DNA of 64,000 nt from Candidatus Yanofskybacteria bacterium (lineage in GTDB: Bacteria; Patescibacteriota; Minisyncoccia; 2-02-FULL-40-12; IGHO2-12-FULL-4), in contig JACPNK010000007.1 in the NCBI GenBank assembly GCA_016185525.1, positions 23,008 through 87,007 on the forward strand, given 5' to 3'. A program made the translations under genes and the position numbers. The stretch's first letter is position 1. Every line of letters begins with the position of its first letter. This document shows positions 38,789 to 48,754 of the stretch, one piece after another. A model generated the notes under the pieces. That model was not told the DNA's origin and did not search any database. It saw nothing but the letters and a program-made list of their open reading frames with translations.

Positions 38789-39843
38789 ACGAATTCAGGC
38801 AGGATTTGGTTTCAGGCGACTGGGTGCTTTTTGCTACGGGGAGAGCTAAACGCCCCGGTCCCGATATTGAGCAGGTCTTTGGCAAGCAGGGGCGGAAGGG
38901 ACCGCTGACAATATCGGGCTCGGGAGTTTCAACAAAAAGCAACTTCGGCATTGGGACGGCGAAGTGTCCCTTTGACGACCCCATTGCTTCCGGTCAGGAA
39001 ATTATAAAACTTTATCCATCGGAGAAGGACTGGCAGATTGCTGTAATTAAAAACAAATATCCGGCTTTGGTCTACGGAGTTTGCGAGGCGCCGAGACAAC
39101 AGGGCCCTTTTAGAGTTGCAGAAGCTTCCGGTTTTCACGAGGTGGTGATTACCAGAGATCACAATAAAAATCTTCAAGATTTTAGCGAAATAGAAACACT
39201 GGAAGTTCTTAAAGTTTTTAAGGACCGCTATCAGACAATAGCTTCTGAATTTTGCGGGCAATATATTTTAATATTTCACAACTTTGGTCTTCAGGCCGGC
39301 GGAAGCGTCCAGCACCCTCACTCTCAAATTATGGCTACGCCGATTTTGCCGCCTGATGTTATGAATAGCGTGGTCGGCGCGGAAAAGTTTTACCTTAAAA
39401 ATAATCGCAAGGTTCACGAAGTTTTGATGAATTGGGAGTTGGAACAAAAAACCAGGATAGTGAATGAAAACGAATCATTTATCGCTCTTTGTCCTTTTGT
39501 TTCAAAAAAGCCGTATGAAGTTAGAATTTTTCCAAAAAATATGAGTTCTCAATTCGAGGTAACCAACGGCAACGAATTAGAAAATCTTGCGGCAATACTC
39601 AATTCTGTTTTGAGGAAATTAAAAAAAGTTTTAAATAATCCGTCGTACAATTTTTTTATTCATTCGGCTCCAATCAAGGTTCTGGACGCAGTCGGTATGG
39701 GCGTTGAACAGTATTATACTTGGCATATGGAAATTTTTCCTCACACTTCTACTGTCGGTGGTTTTGAACTTGGCACTGGTATGGATATTAATATCATAGA
39801 TCCTGATAAAGCGGCATCAGAATTAAGAAATGCCGACTTGTAG
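38770..39843 (+). CDS. galT: Galactose-1-phosphate uridylyltransferase-like (HIT superfamily branch III)
   Basis: FHNFGLQAGGSVQHPHSQ matches the GalT FxNxG..AG.S..HPHxQ active site. Confidence 0.7.
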   Translation: MERKILNEFRQDLVSGDWVLFATGRAKRPGPDIEQVFGKQGRKGPLTISGSGVSTKSNFGIGTAKCPFDDPIASGQEIIKLYPSEKDWQIAVIKNKYPALVYGVCEAPRQQGPFRVAEASGFHEVVITRDHNKNLQDFSEIETLEVLKVFKDRYQTIASEFCGQYILIFHNFGLQAGGSVQHPHSQIMATPILPPDVMNSVVGAEKFYLKNNRKVHEVLMNWELEQKTRIVNENESFIALCPFVSKKPYEVRIFPKNMSSQFEVTNGNELENLAAILNSVLRKLKKVLNNPSYNFFIHSAPIKVLDAVGMGVEQYYTWHMEIFPHTSTVGGFELGTGMDINIIDPDKAASELRNADL

Positions 39844-39858
39844 TGAGTTTACCGAACT

Positions 39859-40488
39859 ATGTTTGGATTTTTATCAACTTCCTTGGACAAAGCAGTGGTG
39901 TTTCTTGGCGCTTTAGGTTATGCCGGTGTTTTTTGGGCTTCTTTCCTGGACAGGTTAACCGTATTTCTGACTCCGGCGGAAATAGTTCTGCCCGCTTTCG
40001 GCATCCTTATAAGTCAGGAAAAACTTTCTTTTTGGCCGGTAATGATATGGCTTACCGCGGGTAATTTTTTGGGCAATCTGGGTCTTTATTTTATTTTTCT
40101 CAAGGGGGGCAGACTGTTTCTGGAAAAATACGGCAAATATTTTTTGATAACAAAACACGAACTGAACCACTTAGACAAATGGTTTGCCAAATACGGTGAC
40201 AAAATAGTTTTTTGGGGGTATTTCATACCATCATCCGGCAGAAGCATTGTTCCAATTCCGGCCGGCATATCAAGGATGAGTTTGTCTAAATTTTCTCTCT
40301 ATACCTTTTTGGGGTCAATGCCTCTTAACTTTCTGTATGTTTATATCGGAATCAGAGCGGGGGATAATTTGGACAGAATCTTTTCTTTTTTGGATAAGTT
40401 TAATTATGTTTTTGTCGTTGTGCTGATTGTTTTGGTAATATGGCATGTATATTGCCATGGGGCCAAAAAGCATTTAACCCATGAATAA
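39859..40488 (+). CDS. DedA/SNARE-associated (VTT domain) membrane protein
   Basis: Polytopic membrane protein with GRSIVPIPAGISRMS, the DedA signature. Confidence 0.65.
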   Translation: MFGFLSTSLDKAVVFLGALGYAGVFWASFLDRLTVFLTPAEIVLPAFGILISQEKLSFWPVMIWLTAGNFLGNLGLYFIFLKGGRLFLEKYGKYFLITKHELNHLDKWFAKYGDKIVFWGYFIPSSGRSIVPIPAGISRMSLSKFSLYTFLGSMPLNFLYVYIGIRAGDNLDRIFSFLDKFNYVFVVVLIVLVIWHVYCHGAKKHLTHE

Positions 40489-41191
40489 GATAGTAATTGC
40501 CAACTGGAAAAACCATCCGGAAACTTTGAAAGAAGCCAAAGAGCTTTTTGAATTTGAAGTTGCTGAGGCTTCAAAGTACGAAGGGGTCAAAACAGTTATT
40601 TGTCCGCCGGAACAATTTCTGAAGCCGTTACTACGGATAAATGCAGAATTTGTCGGCGCGCAGGATGTTTTCTGGAATTTAGGAGACGATAACTATGTGA
40701 TAAAATATGCGTTGGTAGGCCATTCTGACCGTCGCCAAGCGGGAGACACGGACGAAAAAATAAACGATAAGTTAAAAGTTGCTTTGGCTTCTGGCGCAGT
40801 GCCCTTTCTGCTTGTGGGAGAAAAAGAAAAAGGCGATAACCGACAGGAAATATTGGAGAGGCAACTTTTTGGCGCTACCACCAACCTAATGACCTCGCAG
40901 GTCGTTAACATTGTAATTGTTTATGAGCCGGTTTGGGCAATTAGTACCAATCCCGATTCTGAACCAGACAAGCCGGAAAACACATTGGAAGCTTACAAAA
41001 TTATCAATAACTTTTTGTTTAAAAATTATAGCCTAGAACCTAAAGCAATATTTTATGGCGGGAGTGTTAATCAGAGCAATGTTGCCGATTTTCTTAAACA
41101 TCCGGAAATCAACGGCGCGGTTATTGGCGGAGCAAGCCTGCGAAAAGAAGAATTTGGAGAAATTTTAAAAATAGTTTCCGGCTTAAAATGA
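40481..41191 (+). CDS. tpiA: Triosephosphate isomerase
   Basis: IANWKNH...ALVGHSDRRQ. Confidence 0.85.
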   Translation: MNKIVIANWKNHPETLKEAKELFEFEVAEASKYEGVKTVICPPEQFLKPLLRINAEFVGAQDVFWNLGDDNYVIKYALVGHSDRRQAGDTDEKINDKLKVALASGAVPFLLVGEKEKGDNRQEILERQLFGATTNLMTSQVVNIVIVYEPVWAISTNPDSEPDKPENTLEAYKIINNFLFKNYSLEPKAIFYGGSVNQSNVADFLKHPEINGAVIGGASLRKEEFGEILKIVSGLK

Positions 41192-42339
41192 AATTCTTAG
41201 AAGATTTAGGTAAAAAAGAGCTTGACGAAAAAAAAGTTTTTTTGAGGGTTGATTTTGATGTACCCGTTGAAGCTGGAAAAATTAAAGAAAACTTCCGCAT
41301 CAAGGCACAAAAAGAGACCATTGATTATTTGGCAAATAACGGCGCCAAGGTGATGCTGGCTGGCCACATTAGCTCCACTGATAGTTTCTTTTCGATCGCA
41401 GAGGAGATAGGAGAAATTATTGGACATACTTTAACTTTAGTGCCTCATTCAGAATTGAACTCTATTGGCAGTCTTTTCACAGAATGCCCAGTTTTACTTT
41501 TGGATAATTTAAGACAAGACTCTCGCGAGGAACAAAACAAGGATGAGTTTGCTCGGGGGCTGTCTAAGGGTTTTGACTTTTATGTAAACAACGATTTTGC
41601 GGTTTGCCACCGCAGTCACGCTTCAGTTTCAGCAATCACTAAATACTTACCTAGTTATGCCGGTTTCTTGGTTAAAAAAGAAGTAGAAAATTTGTCTAAA
41701 GCCATAAAGGCTCCGCTGGAAGGCAAGATATTGGTTGTGGGCGGAGCTAAAATTTCTACAAAACTGCCGGTGATCAAAAACTTTTTAGATAAAGCCGAGA
41801 AAGTTTTGATTGGCGGGGCGTTGGCCAATAACTTTTTTAAAGAACAAGGAGTAAGTGTCGGCTCTTCTGTTGTTGACAACTCGGTTACCCCCAACTTTCT
41901 GACACCCGGTGTCAGAAAGTTGATTTTACCGGAAGACATCTTGGTTTCATTTGATAAAACCGGAGAAACAACTCCCGAGTCGTATCCCGTTAAAAATTTA
42001 GATCCAGCTGGTATCATCGTTGATATTGGTCCGGAAACGGCCAAACATTTTGGGGAGATAATCAGAAATTCATCAATGGTAATTTGGAACGGGCCGATGG
42101 GTTTGTCGGAAGTAGAAAAGTTTGCTGGAGGAACAAGGGTAATTGCTGAAGCTGTTACTAAAGCTAAGTATTCCATTATTGGTGGCGGCGATACGGTTGC
42201 CGCAGTTGACAAGCTTGGTTTGCTTGGTAAATTCAGCTATGTTTCCACGGGCGGTGGCGCTATGCTGGCTTTTCTGGCAGGAGAAGAGCTGCCGGGGTTG
42301 AGGGTGTTGGGCTACTATCCGGACCAATCTAACCAGTAA
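41188..42339 (+). CDS. pgk: Phosphoglycerate kinase
   Basis: Full-length PGK (...STGGGAMLAFLAGEELPGL). Confidence 0.92.
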   Translation: MKFLEDLGKKELDEKKVFLRVDFDVPVEAGKIKENFRIKAQKETIDYLANNGAKVMLAGHISSTDSFFSIAEEIGEIIGHTLTLVPHSELNSIGSLFTECPVLLLDNLRQDSREEQNKDEFARGLSKGFDFYVNNDFAVCHRSHASVSAITKYLPSYAGFLVKKEVENLSKAIKAPLEGKILVVGGAKISTKLPVIKNFLDKAEKVLIGGALANNFFKEQGVSVGSSVVDNSVTPNFLTPGVRKLILPEDILVSFDKTGETTPESYPVKNLDPAGIIVDIGPETAKHFGEIIRNSSMVIWNGPMGLSEVEKFAGGTRVIAEAVTKAKYSIIGGGDTVAAVDKLGLLGKFSYVSTGGGAMLAFLAGEELPGLRVLGYYPDQSNQ

Positions 42340-42340
42340 A

Positions 42341-43288
42341 ATGAAATACCACATTTATTTTCATGATGACTTTGACGGCACGGCTTGTGCCGCTTTAATG
42401 TCTAATTTTTTAAGTTCGCGAGGTGACGGTGTGGCTTCCTTTAATCCGATTGATTATGTCCCAGGCCTTAAAAAGCAATGGCTTAATTACAAATTCAAGA
42501 GGCCGTTTATTCTTGTTGACTTTATGTATCATCCCAAAGCAGACTGGTGGTTTGACCATCACGTAACCTCGTTCTTAAAACCGGAATGGCAAAAAGGACT
42601 TAAAAATGACCCTCGGCACTATTTCGACCCTTCTTACAAGTCTGTTTACGGAATGACTCTTAATTTTTTGAAAAGAAAATATAAATACAAACCACCAAAG
42701 CAACTAAACGACTTGGAACACTGGGCGGACATTATAGACTCTGCTTCCTACAAAACAGCCAAAGAGGGAATTACGTTCAGGTCTACTGCTCAAAAGTTAA
42801 TGCTTCTGCTTGGTAACTATGAAAAAGTTGCAAAAACCGGCTATGGAGAAATGCAGTTAGAGCTCGTAAAAACTTTGGCCGAAGGAAAAATTTACGTTTT
42901 TCTGAAAAAATATAAAAAGCATTTGCTGAAGCTCAAAGACAAACTCAAAAAAGGAGTTCTGGTTTTTAAAAAATACGCGATTTTAAAAGGTAAAGTTGTT
43001 GTGCTTTCTGAAGAAGGTCTAGAAATAATTTTCAAAGGCTTTCTTGGTTACTACATTTTTCCTAAGGCCGAATATGCGGTTACGGTTTCCAAAGATAGCA
43101 GCGGCTTCCATTTGCATGTCGGCAGAAATCCTTGGCTTAAGAAGGAAAGCAATTTAAGCATAGGGGATTTAATGAAAAAATACGGCGGTGGCGGCCATAA
43201 AAATGTTGGCGGCGCTGAAACCAAAAATTATAAAGAGGCCCTGAAAATAAGCAATGAGATAGTAGAGCACTTGAATTCCAATGATTAA
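42341..43288 (+). CDS. DHH-family phosphoesterase (NrnA-like) with DHHA1 domain
   Basis: HDDFDG, DHH and GGGH motifs. Confidence 0.7.
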   Translation: MKYHIYFHDDFDGTACAALMSNFLSSRGDGVASFNPIDYVPGLKKQWLNYKFKRPFILVDFMYHPKADWWFDHHVTSFLKPEWQKGLKNDPRHYFDPSYKSVYGMTLNFLKRKYKYKPPKQLNDLEHWADIIDSASYKTAKEGITFRSTAQKLMLLLGNYEKVAKTGYGEMQLELVKTLAEGKIYVFLKKYKKHLLKLKDKLKKGVLVFKKYAILKGKVVVLSEEGLEIIFKGFLGYYIFPKAEYAVTVSKDSSGFHLHVGRNPWLKKESNLSIGDLMKKYGGGGHKNVGGAETKNYKEALKISNEIVEHLNSND

Positions 43289-43859
43289 GCATATTCTTAA
43301 CAGGCGTCCTAAAAAGTTTGTGGCTGATACCGGTATTAAGCGCCGGCCTTTGATTTTTGTTGACTCGGAATTTTCAGGTTTAAATTTGAATAACGAGGTT
43401 ATAGAAATAGGCTGTCTAGTGGTTGATCCGAAGACTTTGAAGATTAAAAAAGAATGGTTTGCTAAAATTAAACCAGAAAATATAAAAGCAGCTGAAACCA
43501 GCTCTCTTGAAATAATTGGCTACTCCAAAGATGAATGGAAAGATGCTATTTCGCTTAGAGACGGCATGTTAAATTTTAATAAAATCGCCAAAGACGGAGT
43601 TTTGGTTGGCTATAACGTAGCTTGGGATTTTATGTTTTTGGAAAAATCTTTTTTTGAGCTGGGAATAAAACCGGCCTTCCACTGGCAGATTCTGGATGTG
43701 CTTTCAATGGTGTTCTATAAATTTTATAATAAACTGGGAGTCAAAGGTTTTCGCATGAAAGAAGTGGAAAAGTTTTTAAACATCAAGCATGGAGTTTGGC
43801 ATAATCCTTTGGATGACGCCCGGGCCACCTACGAAATATTTTTAAAAATACTAAAATAG
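43281..43859 (+). CDS. DEDDh 3'-5' exonuclease (DnaQ/oligoribonuclease-like)
   Basis: IFVDSEFSGL (Exo I) ... WHNPLDDARA (Exo III). Confidence 0.7.
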   Translation: MIKHILNRRPKKFVADTGIKRRPLIFVDSEFSGLNLNNEVIEIGCLVVDPKTLKIKKEWFAKIKPENIKAAETSSLEIIGYSKDEWKDAISLRDGMLNFNKIAKDGVLVGYNVAWDFMFLEKSFFELGIKPAFHWQILDVLSMVFYKFYNKLGVKGFRMKEVEKFLNIKHGVWHNPLDDARATYEIFLKILK

Positions 43860-43884
43860 TGACCTACATGGTCACTAGAGTAAA

Positions 43885-44319
43885 ATGGATAAATATATAA
43901 TACATACCGATGGAGGAGCAAGGGGTAATCCTGGGCCGGCGGCTATTGGTGTTGTAATCAGTAAGCCTAACGGTGCTTTGAAAAAGCATTATAGCGAATA
44001 CATTGGCAGTGCGACCAATAATGAGGCCGAATACCAAGCGGCTATTTTTGCTTTAAAAAAACTAAAACAGCTTATCGGGAAAGAAGAGCTTAAAAAAGTT
44101 GCAGTTGAAGTCAGCGTTGATAGCGAGTTTCTGGAACGGCAAGTTAATGGAATATATAAAGTTAAGGAGCCGGAAATTCAGAAATTATTTCTTGAGTTGT
44201 GGAATTTAAAACTTGATTTTGGAGAAGTTAATTTTAAGTCTGTGCCGCGGGAAGATAATTCTGAAGCCGATGAGTTGGTAAATGTAGCTTTAGACAAAGA
44301 ACTGAATAAATTATTGTAA
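43885..44319 (+). CDS. rnhA: Ribonuclease HI
   Basis: IHTDGGARGNPGPAAIG...NNEAEYQAAI. Confidence 0.85.
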   Translation: MDKYIIHTDGGARGNPGPAAIGVVISKPNGALKKHYSEYIGSATNNEAEYQAAIFALKKLKQLIGKEELKKVAVEVSVDSEFLERQVNGIYKVKEPEIQKLFLELWNLKLDFGEVNFKSVPREDNSEADELVNVALDKELNKLL

Positions 44320-44349
44320 CCAACGCCTCTTTGTGGTATAATTTATTGT

Positions 44350-44860
44350 CTTGGTAAGTTGGGTAGCTACCGTGGAGCGGTCCGCCTGTGCTAAGGCTAC
44401 GGCGAGACGCTTCGCGGAGGAAAGTCCGAACACTTATTTAATGGCAACTTAAGAGCTATTAAAAACAGTAGCGGGTAACGCCCGTCGGCAAACGAGGCGA
44501 TTCTACAGGCGACTAAATCCGTTTGCAAGAAATTTCGCCTTACAAATGCCAGAGGTGCGAGCAGAGACGTCTCAAAGCGCAAGCCGAGAGACACCCTTAT
44601 GGGGTGAGCTTTGTTGGTAACAACGAGGGTGAAACGGCTAAATCCTTACTGGAGTGCAAGTACAGCGTTCTTCCACAGACTCAGGATAAGTTTTCCTGTT
44701 GACTGTTGTGAGGTTCGAAAAGTTAGTACGCAGAAGTCCTTAAGTAATGAAGGGCTAGATCCAAGCGGTAACGTTTGGACCAGATAAATTGCTACACATT
44801 AGCTGCCGTCGCTAAAGCTATGGCGGCCGAGGACAGAATTCGGCTTATAGACTTGCCAAG
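44350..44860 (+). ncRNA. rnpB: RNase P RNA (bacterial type A-like, with expansions)
   Basis: GGAGGAAAGTCCGAACAC (P4 5' strand) ... ACAGAATTCGGCTTATAG (P4 3' strand), with P1 pairing cttggtaag/cttgccaag. The element is followed by a perfect terminator. Confidence 0.8.
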
Positions 44861-44865
44861 ATATT

Positions 44866-44896
44866 AAAAACCACCCGCTATTAGCGGGTGGTTTTT
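44866..44896 (+). terminator. Rho-independent terminator aaccacccgc-tatta-gcgggtggtt plus T5
   Basis: 10-bp perfect stem. Confidence 0.8.
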
Positions 44897-44933
44897 AATT
44901 GAAAAATTATTTTTTTTGTTATAAGGTTAACCC

Positions 44934-46319
44934 GTGAAAAAATCTGAATTATTCTTCAATACACTCCTTTTGCCTGTTGATTTCTTGATGATTGTCTTTG
45001 CCGGTATTGCTACATACTTGTTACGTACTAAAATTTTCTCTTCTTTTAGGCCGGTATTGTTTGAATTTAATCTGCCTCTGGAAAAATACTTCCTTTTGGT
45101 CTTTTTGGTCTCGGTCTTATTTATCGGTATTTTTGCCATCTCCGGTCTCTATAAGTTGAGGACAACCACAGGAAGAATTGAGGAGTTTTTTAGGGTGGCC
45201 ATAGCTTCCTCGGCAGGTGTGATGGTTTTGATTGTTTATATTTTCTTGAGACAAGAACTTTTCAACTCTAGGTTCTTGATTTTAGGTGGTTGGTTTTTGT
45301 CTGTTGTTTTTGTTTCACTGGGCAGATTTCTGGTTCGTTATTTACAAAAAAGATTGGTGGCTATGCACGATTTCGGAGTTCATAGAGTTTTGGTTATTGG
45401 CGATGACAAGATTTCAAACAAACTCACTCAAGAAATATCCCAAAATCGGGCAATCGGCTATCGCATTGTTAAACATCTGGAGAATCCCGAAGTGGCGGAA
45501 GTAAAACTAGCTATTGGCAGTCCCGGTATAGATGAGGTCATATTGGCTAACCCAAACTATCCGGGAGAAAAAATATTGGAGATAGTAGATTTTTGCAACG
45601 AAAACCACCTGACATTTAAATTTGTGCCGAATATTTACCAGACTTTAACAACTAACTTTTCTATTGATGTGCTGGCTGGAGTTCCCATGATTGAGCTTCG
45701 TCGCACTAACCTAGATGGTTGGGGCAGAGTCATCAAAAGATTTATAGACATTGTTTTTAGTTCGCTCGCTCTACTTGTTTTTTCGCCACTTTTTTTGATC
45801 GCAACTCTTGCTATTAAGTGGGAGACCGAGGGATCAGTCTTTGTAAGGTTGCGCCGAGTAAGTCAGAATAAAGAGTTTAATTTGCTGAAGTTCCGCTCTA
45901 TGATAAAAAACGCTGAAGATTTAAAACCATTTTTGGCGGACTTAAACGAAAGAAAAGACGGCCCTCTTTTTAAGATTAAAAACGATCCACGTGTTACAAA
46001 AGTCGGAAGATTTATCCGGCATTATCGTTTAGATGAACTGCCTCAATTTCTTAATATCATCAGAGGCGACATAAGCTTGGTCGGCCCCCGCCCTCACCAA
46101 CCAGATGAAATTTCAAAATACCAAAAACATCAAAAGAAAGTTTTATCCATTAAAGCTGGTGCGACAGGTTTGGCGCAGGTTTCCGGCAGTTCTGATTTGC
46201 CGTTTGAAGAAGAGGTTACGCTGGACTCTTTTTATATTGAAAACTGGTCTCTTTTTCAGGATCTAAAAATTATTTTAAAGACGATTGGCAAAATGTTTAC
46301 CGACCGCTCTGCGGTCTAA
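44934..46319 (+). CDS. Polyprenyl-phosphate sugar phosphotransferase (WbaP/EpsL-like bacterial sugar transferase)
   Basis: N-terminal TM helices plus the C-terminal LKFRSM...DELPQ...GDISLVGPRP signature. Confidence 0.85.
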   Translation: MKKSELFFNTLLLPVDFLMIVFAGIATYLLRTKIFSSFRPVLFEFNLPLEKYFLLVFLVSVLFIGIFAISGLYKLRTTTGRIEEFFRVAIASSAGVMVLIVYIFLRQELFNSRFLILGGWFLSVVFVSLGRFLVRYLQKRLVAMHDFGVHRVLVIGDDKISNKLTQEISQNRAIGYRIVKHLENPEVAEVKLAIGSPGIDEVILANPNYPGEKILEIVDFCNENHLTFKFVPNIYQTLTTNFSIDVLAGVPMIELRRTNLDGWGRVIKRFIDIVFSSLALLVFSPLFLIATLAIKWETEGSVFVRLRRVSQNKEFNLLKFRSMIKNAEDLKPFLADLNERKDGPLFKIKNDPRVTKVGRFIRHYRLDELPQFLNIIRGDISLVGPRPHQPDEISKYQKHQKKVLSIKAGATGLAQVSGSSDLPFEEEVTLDSFYIENWSLFQDLKIILKTIGKMFTDRSAV

Positions 46320-46327
46320 CGACTAAT

Positions 46328-47476
46328 ATGAGAGTTGCTCTGGTTCACGACTATCTTAACCAGTATGGAGGAGGAGAAAGAGTCCTCGGGTTTTTGTGTG
46401 AGATGTTTCCGCGGGCCCATATTTTTACTTTAATCTACGATGAGCGATTAACCGGTGGCGCTTTTCGGGGTCGGCAAATTCACACCTCTTTTCTTCAAAA
46501 AATTCCTTGGGCCAAAAAAAACCACAGATTTTTGCCTATACTCATGCCTTTGGCAGTAGAACAGTTTGATTTATCAAATTTTGACTTGGTTATTTCCAAT
46601 TCAGCTTCTTTTGCCAAGGGTGTAATAACCAAGCCTTATACAAAGCACATTTCTTATTGCATGACTCCGACCAGATATCTTTGGGACGATAGCCAGCGTC
46701 ATTTACAGGATTTTTTTGGTGTTAAAATTTTCAACAGAAACAAGCGGCTTAATGCTCGCCTCGCCGAAGCCTTCGGCGGAGCGCGGGCCGATATTGTCTC
46801 ATGGTTTGCCTTACCTTTGCTTAGCTACTTAAGAATTTGGGACCAGCAGGCGAGTAAAAGACCCGATGATTTTATTGCAATCTCTGAATTTGTAAAGCAA
46901 AGAATAAAAAAATATTATGGCCGCGCTTCGTTGGTGGTTTATCCTCCGGTTGATTCCGCAAGATTTAAGATTTCCGCTGAAATAGCCGACTATTTTCTTA
47001 TGGTCGGCCGGCTAGTTTCCTATAAGAGATTTGATCTGGCAATTAAAGTTTTTAACAACCTCGGCTGGCCTTTGAAAATTATCGGTGACGGGCCGGAGAG
47101 AAAACGTTTGCAAAAGTTGGCCGTTCCGAATGCCGACATTGAGTTTCTGGGATTAGTTTCAGACTATAAATTACCGTCTTACTATTCAAGAGCTAGAGCT
47201 TTAATTTTTCCCCAGGAAGAAGATTTTGGCATAGTTGTTGTTGAGTCTATGGCTTCAGGCAGGCCGGTTGTGGCTTTTAGGGGCGGTGGCAGTTTGGAAA
47301 CTATTAAAGAGGGAGAAACCGGAGTTTTTTTTGGCGAACAAACGGAGGAGTCTTTAACGGCTGTGCTTAGAGAATTTAATCCTTTTGATTTTGATTCCCA
47401 AAAGATAAAGGCAAGAGCAACACTTTTTGATAAAGGTATTTTTCGGGAAAAGTTTTCAGCAATTTTAAACATTTAG
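46328..47476 (+). CDS. Family 4 glycosyltransferase
   Basis: EDFGIVVVESMASGRPVV (GT4 EX7E region). Confidence 0.85.
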   Translation: MRVALVHDYLNQYGGGERVLGFLCEMFPRAHIFTLIYDERLTGGAFRGRQIHTSFLQKIPWAKKNHRFLPILMPLAVEQFDLSNFDLVISNSASFAKGVITKPYTKHISYCMTPTRYLWDDSQRHLQDFFGVKIFNRNKRLNARLAEAFGGARADIVSWFALPLLSYLRIWDQQASKRPDDFIAISEFVKQRIKKYYGRASLVVYPPVDSARFKISAEIADYFLMVGRLVSYKRFDLAIKVFNNLGWPLKIIGDGPERKRLQKLAVPNADIEFLGLVSDYKLPSYYSRARALIFPQEEDFGIVVVESMASGRPVVAFRGGGSLETIKEGETGVFFGEQTEESLTAVLREFNPFDFDSQKIKARATLFDKGIFREKFSAILNI

Positions 47477-47488
47477 TCTTTTTTAGCG

Positions 47489-48616
47489 ATGATGATAGGA
47501 ATAGACATAAGAGTTTTAGCGGGAGATTTGCAAAACGGCATTGCTCAGTATCTTTTAAATATTCTGCCGGAACTTATTAAACTGGATCCCCAAATAAAAT
47601 TTAAACTTTTTTTCAGCTCGCTTAAGAAGCATAAGCTTGATTACGACTGGCTTAAGGAAAAAAATATTGAGCTTTATAGGTTTAAGATTTCTAATCATTT
47701 TCTTTTTGCTTCATCAAAGATTTTTAACCGTCCCTGTTTAGACAAGATGGTCAGAGGAGCAGATATTTTTTTTAGTCCCCATTTTTTCCTTGCCCCTCTC
47801 TCTGGTGAATGTAAGTCGGCAGTCGTATTTCATGATCTTTCCTTTTTACGCTATCCCGAATTTTTTTCTTGGCGAAAAAATATCTGGCATCGTTTTGAGA
47901 TGAATCCCAAAAAACAAGCTTTGGCGGCCGACAAAATTATTGCTGTCTCACGTTCAACCAGGAATGATCTGATATACTTTTTTGGCACCAACTCAAATAA
48001 AATCAAGGTCATCTACTCCGGTTTGTCTAAAAACTTCTTAGTTAAGCCAAACCAAGAAGAGATGGAAAAAGTGAAGAGTAAATATCTGTTGCCTGAAAAA
48101 TTTTTCCTGTATCTGGGCAAGATCGAACCCAGAAAAAATATTATAGGCATAATTAAAGCTTTTGAGACATTTTCTGACAAAAGTTTTCACTTGGTTATAG
48201 CCGGAGAATTGGGTTGGCTTTGTAAAGATGTTTTAAAGGCTTACGATACAAGTCCTTGCAAAAGGTTAATACACTTTATCGGTTCAGTAGATGAAAAAGA
48301 CAAATCATCTGTTTATCAATTGTCTAAAACGTTAATATACCCTAGTTTTTTTGAAGGCTTTGGTTTTCCGCCTCTTGAGGCTATGGCCCTAAGAATACCA
48401 GTAATCACATCCAGGAACTCATCTATACCAGAGGTGGTGGGCGATTCAGCTCTTTTGGTTGATCCGTATAATGTTGGGGAGATATCTCAAGCCATGGAAA
48501 GCCTTATTTCTAATGATTTTTTGAGACAAAGTTTTGTGGAAAAGGGTATCCAAAGAAGTAAACTCTTTTCTTGGCAAAAAACAGCGGAAGAAACACTGGA
48601 TTTTTTAGTTTCTTAA
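47489..48616 (+). CDS. Family 4 glycosyltransferase
   Basis: EGFGFPPLEAMALRIPVI. Confidence 0.85.
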   Translation: MMIGIDIRVLAGDLQNGIAQYLLNILPELIKLDPQIKFKLFFSSLKKHKLDYDWLKEKNIELYRFKISNHFLFASSKIFNRPCLDKMVRGADIFFSPHFFLAPLSGECKSAVVFHDLSFLRYPEFFSWRKNIWHRFEMNPKKQALAADKIIAVSRSTRNDLIYFFGTNSNKIKVIYSGLSKNFLVKPNQEEMEKVKSKYLLPEKFFLYLGKIEPRKNIIGIIKAFETFSDKSFHLVIAGELGWLCKDVLKAYDTSPCKRLIHFIGSVDEKDKSSVYQLSKTLIYPSFFEGFGFPPLEAMALRIPVITSRNSSIPEVVGDSALLVDPYNVGEISQAMESLISNDFLRQSFVEKGIQRSKLFSWQKTAEETLDFLVS

Positions 48617-48754
48617 CCCCTCCTAATATTTGGCAAAAATTTGAACCGCCAAAGAGTTGTGAGATTGTGATATAATAGTTTTATAGAAAACAGGGAATCA
48701 AATCTAAAACCAATTTTTGATATCAAACCGGTAGACCAGACCGGCAAGGTTGAT

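Noticed and set aside
38770-39843. Second HIT hydrolase annotation for the 357-aa ORF
   Set aside because: The HPHSQ motif and the length fit the GalT branch (HxHxQ) rather than a small Hint-type HIT protein.
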